From the NCBI GenBank assembly GCA_965221165.1, contig CBDCRP010000002.1:96001-160000 (forward strand): a DNA stretch of 64,000 nucleotides, in the 5' to 3' direction. A program made the position numbers and the translations under genes. The notes under the pieces are model-generated. The model was given only the letters and a program-made list of their open reading frames with translations. It searched no databases and was not told where the DNA came from. Shown piece after piece: positions 59,266-64,000 of this stretch (position 1 is the first letter of the stretch; every line of letters starts with the position of its first letter). The DNA is from a bacterium (GTDB lineage Bacteria; UBA8248).

Positions 59266-60213
59266 ATGACCGAGGCTGCCTACCGGGAGATCTACGAGCG
59301 GGCGCGTAAAAACCTCGAAGGAGCCGAGACGGCGAATCCATACGACATCCTGGGGCCCGACCTGCCCGGCACCGAGACGGCGCTGGCCGGGTATGAGCGA
59401 TTCGGCTTGAGAATGCGCCTGATGATGACGGATGCGGCGGACACCGAGTTCGACTTCATGGGCAAGAAGCTCAGATGCCCCGTCATGACCGGTTCGATGA
59501 GCGCGAACACTCTGGCCGCCCACTGGGCGGATGGTTTTTTGCAGGTCGCCGAGGGCGCTGCGCGTTTCGGGACGCAATACTGGATAGGCGACTGTGAGGA
59601 TGATACCTGGAGGGAGGCCGCCGCAGCCTCGCCCTCGGCCATCCGGGTCGTGAAACCCTGGCGGGAGAAGCAGCGCACGCTCACCTCATTAAAACTCGCG
59701 GAAGACACCGGCGCTTTCGCCGTAGGCATGGATTTCGAATCCGGCTTTTATAACCCCGAATGCGAACCCCAGAGAGCGGATGCGCTCGAAGGCTACGTAA
59801 AGGCCACGGGTCTTCCCTTCGTCTTCAAGGCGGTGGGCTCGGTCGAGACCGCGCGCATCGCGCGAGACGCAGGCGTTGCGGCCATCATCGTCACCACGCA
59901 CGGGGGAGCGCACGGGCCTTCGTGGGGGCATCCCATGGAAATCCTGCCCGAGATCGTGGACGCGGTGGGGGACGACGTACTCGTGCTGGCCGAATCCGGC
60001 GTCCGTAGAGGAGACGACGTCCTGAAACTCCTCGCCCGGGGAGCGAAGGGCGTGACGTCCGGGCGGGGCCTGGTGCTCGGCCTGTTCGCGGGCGGGCCTG
60101 CGGGCGTAGCCGAGATGCTCGAGCTATTGGAGGAGGAACTCAAAAAGTCCATGGTCCTGGCGGGTTGTAAAGACCTCGCCTCGATCTCGGGGGATATATT
60201 GATATCAAGATAG
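59266..60213 (+). CDS. FMN-dependent alpha-hydroxy-acid dehydrogenase-like protein (divergent)
   Basis: PVMTGSM, LPFVFK, IIVTTHGG, ESGVRRGDDVLKLLARGA, GR, EELKKSMVLAG. Confidence 0.8.
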   Translation: MTEAAYREIYERARKNLEGAETANPYDILGPDLPGTETALAGYERFGLRMRLMMTDAADTEFDFMGKKLRCPVMTGSMSANTLAAHWADGFLQVAEGAARFGTQYWIGDCEDDTWREAAAASPSAIRVVKPWREKQRTLTSLKLAEDTGAFAVGMDFESGFYNPECEPQRADALEGYVKATGLPFVFKAVGSVETARIARDAGVAAIIVTTHGGAHGPSWGHPMEILPEIVDAVGDDVLVLAESGVRRGDDVLKLLARGAKGVTSGRGLVLGLFAGGPAGVAEMLELLEEELKKSMVLAGCKDLASISGDILISR

Positions 60214-60231
60214 GGCCTGGCGTCATATGCC

Positions 60232-60490
60232 GTAGGGGCGGTTCGCGAACCGCCCCTACCAACGAGACGACGGCGATGGAAAATCACAAGATGGCGTAGG
60301 GGTGTCGATCTTCCCCGAGGAGGGGAAGATCGTGTGTGTCCGCCCGCAATGCGCCGGGTCGCATATATGCGGCCCCTACACCAAATCCGTGAGCGTGATG
60401 GGTCCGTAGGTCGGACATATATGTCCGCCACACATATATGCGTCCCGTGTTAAGAAAGAGCAGGGCCGCAAATATGCGGCCCCTACACAG
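60232..60490. repeat. REP-like palindrome cluster containing a ~154-bp composite unit (60295-60448)
   Basis: GTAGGGGCGGTTCGCGAACCGCCCCTAC, then three ordered palindromes that recur collinearly at 62222-62375. Confidence 0.85.
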
Positions 60491-60559
60491 GCATTCACCA
60501 AAGCCTGCCCGTATCAAACGGCTGCGAGGGATTTATTTACTCCACCGGGTCCGCCCATG

Positions 60560-61648
60560 TTAAACCGTCTCGGGCAGGAGGGGCAGGAGGTATTTCCCGA
60601 AGTTGCGGGCCTCTTCGTCATGCGGCCAGCCGGAGAGGATGAACGTGGTGGCGCCCAGGTCGATGTATTCGCGCATGGCGCCAGCCACCACCTCGGGGCT
60701 GCCCACGAGCATGGTGCCCGCCCCCTGGCGCACGAGATTTATTCCTGAGAAAAGCGCAGGGCCGTGCCAGAGCTTTCCCTCCGCCGTCATGGCGTTCATG
60801 CGCTGCTGGGAGACGGATTCCACCTGCCCCGCGACCTCGCCGGTGACGGATGAGGTTTCCCCGTAAGAGGCCGTGCCCGCGATGATGGCCTCGGCCTCTT
60901 CCTTGGCCTGCGCGTCGTCCTCGCGCACGAGGATGTGGAAGCGCACGCCGAGTCTTAACTCGCGGCCATGTTCCTCAAGCGCCATTTTTTTGACCTCCTC
61001 AAATTCCTCGGCTATCTGCCAGGGGGGTTCCCCCCACTTGAGAAACACGTCGGCGTGCTTGGCGATGACTTTCTTGGCCGCGGGCGAGCTTCCCCCGAAA
61101 TAAAGCGGAGGCCCTCCCTTTCTCGCGGGTCCGGGGAAGACGAAGCCGTCCTCCACCCGGTAGTGCGCGCCCTCGTAGTTCACCCGCTCCCCATCGCCCC
61201 AGAACGCGCGCACGATGTCCAGAAACTCATCGGCCCGCGCATAGCGTCCGTCATGATCCGCCCAGTCGCCGTAGCGCCTCGCGTCCACCGAGGAGCCGCC
61301 GGGCACGACGTTTACCGTCAGCCTCCCGCCCGAGATGAAATCGAGCGTGTTCGCCTGCTGCACGGCGAAGCTCGGCGTGGTGAGGCCGGGCCGGATGGCG
61401 ACGCAGAATTTTATGCTTTTCGTCTCTCGCGCGATCGCGGAGGCGAGAAGCCAGCCGTCCGAACAGGAGGTGTTGCACGGAATGAGCATGTTCGTGAGGC
61501 CGCTCGCCTCCGCCGTCTTCGCCACGTGGACGAGATAGTCGATCTCGGGCGGTATTTCCACCTCGCCGGTGCCGAGCCTCGTGGCGTCCCCCCTTTTGTT
61601 CGAGGGCAGATACCAGGCGTATTCGATGGGTTGTTTCTTGGTGGTCAT
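60560..61648 (-). CDS. LLM-class monooxygenase, SsuD/MsuD-like
   Basis: WYLP, AEASG...LIPC, VAIRPG, SGGRLTVNVVPG, LYFGGSS, FLKWGEP, LVGSPE, FILSGWPH. Confidence 0.88.
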   Translation of the reverse strand: MTTKKQPIEYAWYLPSNKRGDATRLGTGEVEIPPEIDYLVHVAKTAEASGLTNMLIPCNTSCSDGWLLASAIARETKSIKFCVAIRPGLTTPSFAVQQANTLDFISGGRLTVNVVPGGSSVDARRYGDWADHDGRYARADEFLDIVRAFWGDGERVNYEGAHYRVEDGFVFPGPARKGGPPLYFGGSSPAAKKVIAKHADVFLKWGEPPWQIAEEFEEVKKMALEEHGRELRLGVRFHILVREDDAQAKEEAEAIIAGTASYGETSSVTGEVAGQVESVSQQRMNAMTAEGKLWHGPALFSGINLVRQGAGTMLVGSPEVVAGAMREYIDLGATTFILSGWPHDEEARNFGKYLLPLLPETV

Positions 61649-61726
61649 TGCGTGTGCGTCCTTTAATGCTGTGTTTCATGAACTCCAGAAATCAAGTGCT
61701 TGTTTCTACCGTCCGCCAGTTTGCGA

Positions 61727-61763
61727 AAAAAAACGCCCCGCCCGCAAGGGGGCGAGGCGATTT
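61727..61763 (-). terminator. Intrinsic terminator downstream of the PhoX remnant
   Basis: Plus strand A8-CGCCCCGCCC-GCAAG-GGGGCGAGGCG, i.e. a GC hairpin followed by a U tract on the minus strand. Confidence 0.6.
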
Positions 61764-61806
61764 AATACTGCGCGTTCAGCGTGGCGCGGCAGTACCCAAG
61801 AAGCGC

Positions 61807-62025
61807 TCAGCCGATCGTGCCGCCGTCGTCGCGGGTGATGGCGCCTGCACTCATGACGAACGCCGCCGCGGCGAACGCTGCGCCCCGGCTCAGGAATCCC
61901 CGCCGGGAGATCATCTCCTCGGGGAGCTTTTCGAAATCGGTCGCTTGCGGCCGCGGGTAGTGGATCTCGTCGAACTCATCCGGCGAAATCTCCTCCGTCG
62001 CGTCGCGCGTTCGGTCTTCGCGCAT
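61807..62025 (-). pseudogene. phoX: PhoX alkaline phosphatase remnant: Tat leader fused in frame to the extreme C-terminus
   Basis: DEFDE..PRP..TDF....ISRRGFL leader followed directly by AITRDDGGTIG*. Both ends resemble PhoX (recalled, not searched). Confidence 0.7.
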
Positions 62026-62113
62026 CTCTCATCCCCCACGTTGTGAGATTCGGGTTTGGCGATCGGCGCGCAGAAAAGCGCACCCGAACGAAGCGATCCT
62101 CTTATCTGCGCGG

Positions 62114-62168
62114 ATTATAGCGGCCCCTCATCACGCGCGCGTTACAAAATCGTGGAAACTTCATGAAA
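62114..62168 (-). promoter_or_regulatory. Pho-box-like promoter of the PhoX remnant
   Basis: Minus strand TTTCAT/TTCCAC/TGTAAC/CGTGAT at 11-bp period, ending 10 bp upstream of a perfect TATAAT. Confidence 0.6.
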
Positions 62169-62179
62169 AACGGGCGACG

Positions 62180-62440
62180 GTGGGGGTCAAACCCGACCGG
62201 GGAGGGAGGGTTTGCGTCTCTCGTAGGGGTGTCGATCTTCCCTGAGGAGGGGAAGATCGTGTGTGTCCGCCCGTAAAATGGCGGGTCGCATATATCCGAC
62301 CCCTGTAACAAAACATTGGGCAATAATGGTTCCGTAGGTCGGACATATACGTCCGCCACGCATACATGCGGCCCGGGGGCTCGTGTATGAGAAATGGTGG
62401 TTTTTTTCGTCACTCCGGCATGCGCCGGAATAACGTGCAA
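62180..62440. repeat. REP-like palindrome cluster (second composite unit)
   Basis: GGGGTCAAACCCGACCGGGGAGGGAGGGTTT, composite unit 62222-62375, CGTCACTCCGGCATGCGCCGGAATAACG. Confidence 0.85.
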
Positions 62441-62563
62441 AGGCCACACTCACCTGCATCAATCCCGCCCGCGCTTTCCAAGCGGGTGCGCAGGCTGTAG
62501 ATTGTGAGTCGCCTGATTTGCGGCGCGAGTCGTACCGAGAAGCCCTACTGCCCCGAGAACCGG

Positions 62564-63448
62564 ATGAACCCCCAGCTCATCGCCGCATCCTACGCCATGT
62601 CCACCGCGGTGGTTTTCGCCACCTTCAGCGTGTTCATCAGGAAGGGCAGCGAGCACGCCAACGCGCTCACGGGCGTTTTCATCGGCATGTTCACCTCCCT
62701 GCCCGTGATGATCGCCATCACCTGGTACTACTGGGATCCCGAGTGGTGGAACCCCCCTGCGTTTTTCTTCTTCGCGCTGGCGGGCCTCGCGGGGCCTGCA
62801 ATGTCGCGCGTGTTTCTTTACTTGAGCATTTCCTATCTGGGCGTCGCGCGCGCGATGCCGTTCGTCTCGCTGACACCCCTTTTCTCCACCTCGCTCGCCA
62901 TCATGTTCATCGGTGAAAGGCCGGGCGCGCTCATCCTGGCGGGCACGATTTTTATCGTGCTGGGCAGCATCACGCTCAGCTACAAGAAGCCCGAGGACAC
63001 CTCCTGGCAGCGAAAACACCTCTGGCTCGCGTTTGGGAGCGCCGTCACCGCCGCGTTCTCGTTTCTTTTCCGAAAACTCGCCTTCGCATACGTGGCGGCC
63101 CCCATCATGGGCGCTACCCTCACGACGCTGGCGGGATTCGTCTTCCTCCTCACCTTCATCCCGCTCATTCCAAAGGATCAAACACCCGACCAGTTCAACC
63201 GCCCCAAGGCCTGGCTCATCTATGGGCTGTGCGGACTGCTGAACGCTTTGGGGTTTTTCCTGCACTTCACGGCCATCAGCATAGGCGACCTCTCGGTCGT
63301 GGCCCCCCTCACCTCGACGGCCCCCATCTTCAGCCTCACCATGAGCTTTTTTCTGCTCAGGCGCATGGAGCGCATCACGCCCGCCATCATCATCGGCACG
63401 GCCTGCATGGTGGTCGGCGCCGCTCTCATCGGCTGGCGCATCCGCTAG
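62564..63448 (+). CDS. EamA/DMT family transporter
   Basis: Two EamA repeats (FIGERP, PLTSTAPIF, MERIT). Same subfamily as 8990-10858. Confidence 0.9.
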   Translation: MNPQLIAASYAMSTAVVFATFSVFIRKGSEHANALTGVFIGMFTSLPVMIAITWYYWDPEWWNPPAFFFFALAGLAGPAMSRVFLYLSISYLGVARAMPFVSLTPLFSTSLAIMFIGERPGALILAGTIFIVLGSITLSYKKPEDTSWQRKHLWLAFGSAVTAAFSFLFRKLAFAYVAAPIMGATLTTLAGFVFLLTFIPLIPKDQTPDQFNRPKAWLIYGLCGLLNALGFFLHFTAISIGDLSVVAPLTSTAPIFSLTMSFFLLRRMERITPAIIIGTACMVVGAALIGWRIR

Positions 63449-63613
63449 AGCCTCCAGTCAAGAGGCATCGTGTCAACCCATAAAATTTCCGCTACAATGG
63501 TTCCTGCGCGCTGTGCGCCAATGAGGATTTGAGGCGCGCAGAGCACCTCTCGTTCCAGCTCCCTTGCGCGAGATACGGGCGAGACCGAAATTTAGGGAAG
63601 GAGGGGTCATCTG

Positions 63614-64000
63614 ATGATGTTTCGATTCTCTTTATACGGCTTTCTCAAGAACCAGACCTATTTCGAACCCTTCCTCATCCTCGCCTTTTTGGAAAAAGAC
63701 CTCTCCTTCTTTCAGATAGGCATCCTCATCGGCTTCCGCGAGGTGTGCATCAACATCTTTGAAATCCCCAGCGGCGCGGTGGCCGATTTGTACGGCAGAA
63801 GACGCTCGATGATTTTCTCGTTCCTCGCCTACATCGCCTCGTTCCTCGTCTTCGCCTATTCGACTTCTTTCGCCGCCCTGTTCCTCGCCATGTTCGCCTT
63901 CGCTCTGGGCGATTCGTTCCGCACCGGAACGCACAAGGCGATGATCTTCGAGTGGCTCAGGATTCAGGGCAGAGAGGACGAGCGCACCCGCGTCTACGGG
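63614..64000 (+). CDS. MFS transporter, runs off the window
   Basis: Manual translation MMFRFSLYGFLKNQTYFEPF..EIPSGAVADLYGRRRSM..FRTGTHKAMI. Confidence 0.85.
   Translation, partial: MMFRFSLYGFLKNQTYFEPFLILAFLEKDLSFFQIGILIGFREVCINIFEIPSGAVADLYGRRRSMIFSFLAYIASFLVFAYSTSFAALFLAMFAFALGDSFRTGTHKAMIFEWLRIQGREDERTRVYG

Noticed and set aside
58780-59577. 265-aa version of the YdhR-like ORF
   Set aside because: The extension overlaps the divergent FMN enzyme gene; a strong RBS supports the start at 59091.
59793-60517. Short ORFs sharing RADTHDLP or WRTYMSDLR peptides (also 56330-56635 and 62102-62462)
   Set aside because: Translations of REP palindromes, not a protein family.

Overview
Bacterial chromosomal segment. 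Gene content and style suggest an uncultured Nitrospinota/Tectomicrobia/deltaproteobacteria-like lineage (inference only). By eye the window has two GC-rich flanks (about 1-19 kb and 54.8-64 kb). These carry accessory redox/transport genes (NAD-linked formate dehydrogenase, aldehyde:ferredoxin oxidoreductase, EamA exporters, SDR, LLM monooxygenase) and dense clusters of REP-like palindromes. Between them lies a roughly 35-kb, clearly lower-GC, REP-free block of mostly core genes (lutA/lutBC, glnB-glnD-glnA, ispH-ubiA fusion, trxA, ftsK, gltX, tRNA-Gln) with one intact IS256 copy and two frameshifted genes. Best signals: (1) an AhpD/CMD-family selenoprotein split by an in-frame UGA (CxxU) with a SECIS-like hairpin; (2) a Swt1-like HEPN/Zn-ribbon cassette inserted behind aor, bounded by a diverged 87-bp duplication of the aor 3' end and a 96-bp tandem repeat; (3) a recurring GA-CC-GAGGA-GG-GA hairpin motif that forms a 7-hairpin array upstream of aor and reappears in other repeats; (4) a stand-alone MAD3/MAD4-like ATPase plus partner defence pair; (5) a PhoX gene collapsed to its Tat signal plus C-terminus that keeps a Pho-box-like promoter; (6) inverted 10-bp-phased GAAAA arrays bracketing the low-GC block. 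All family assignments come from motif recognition; no database search was run.
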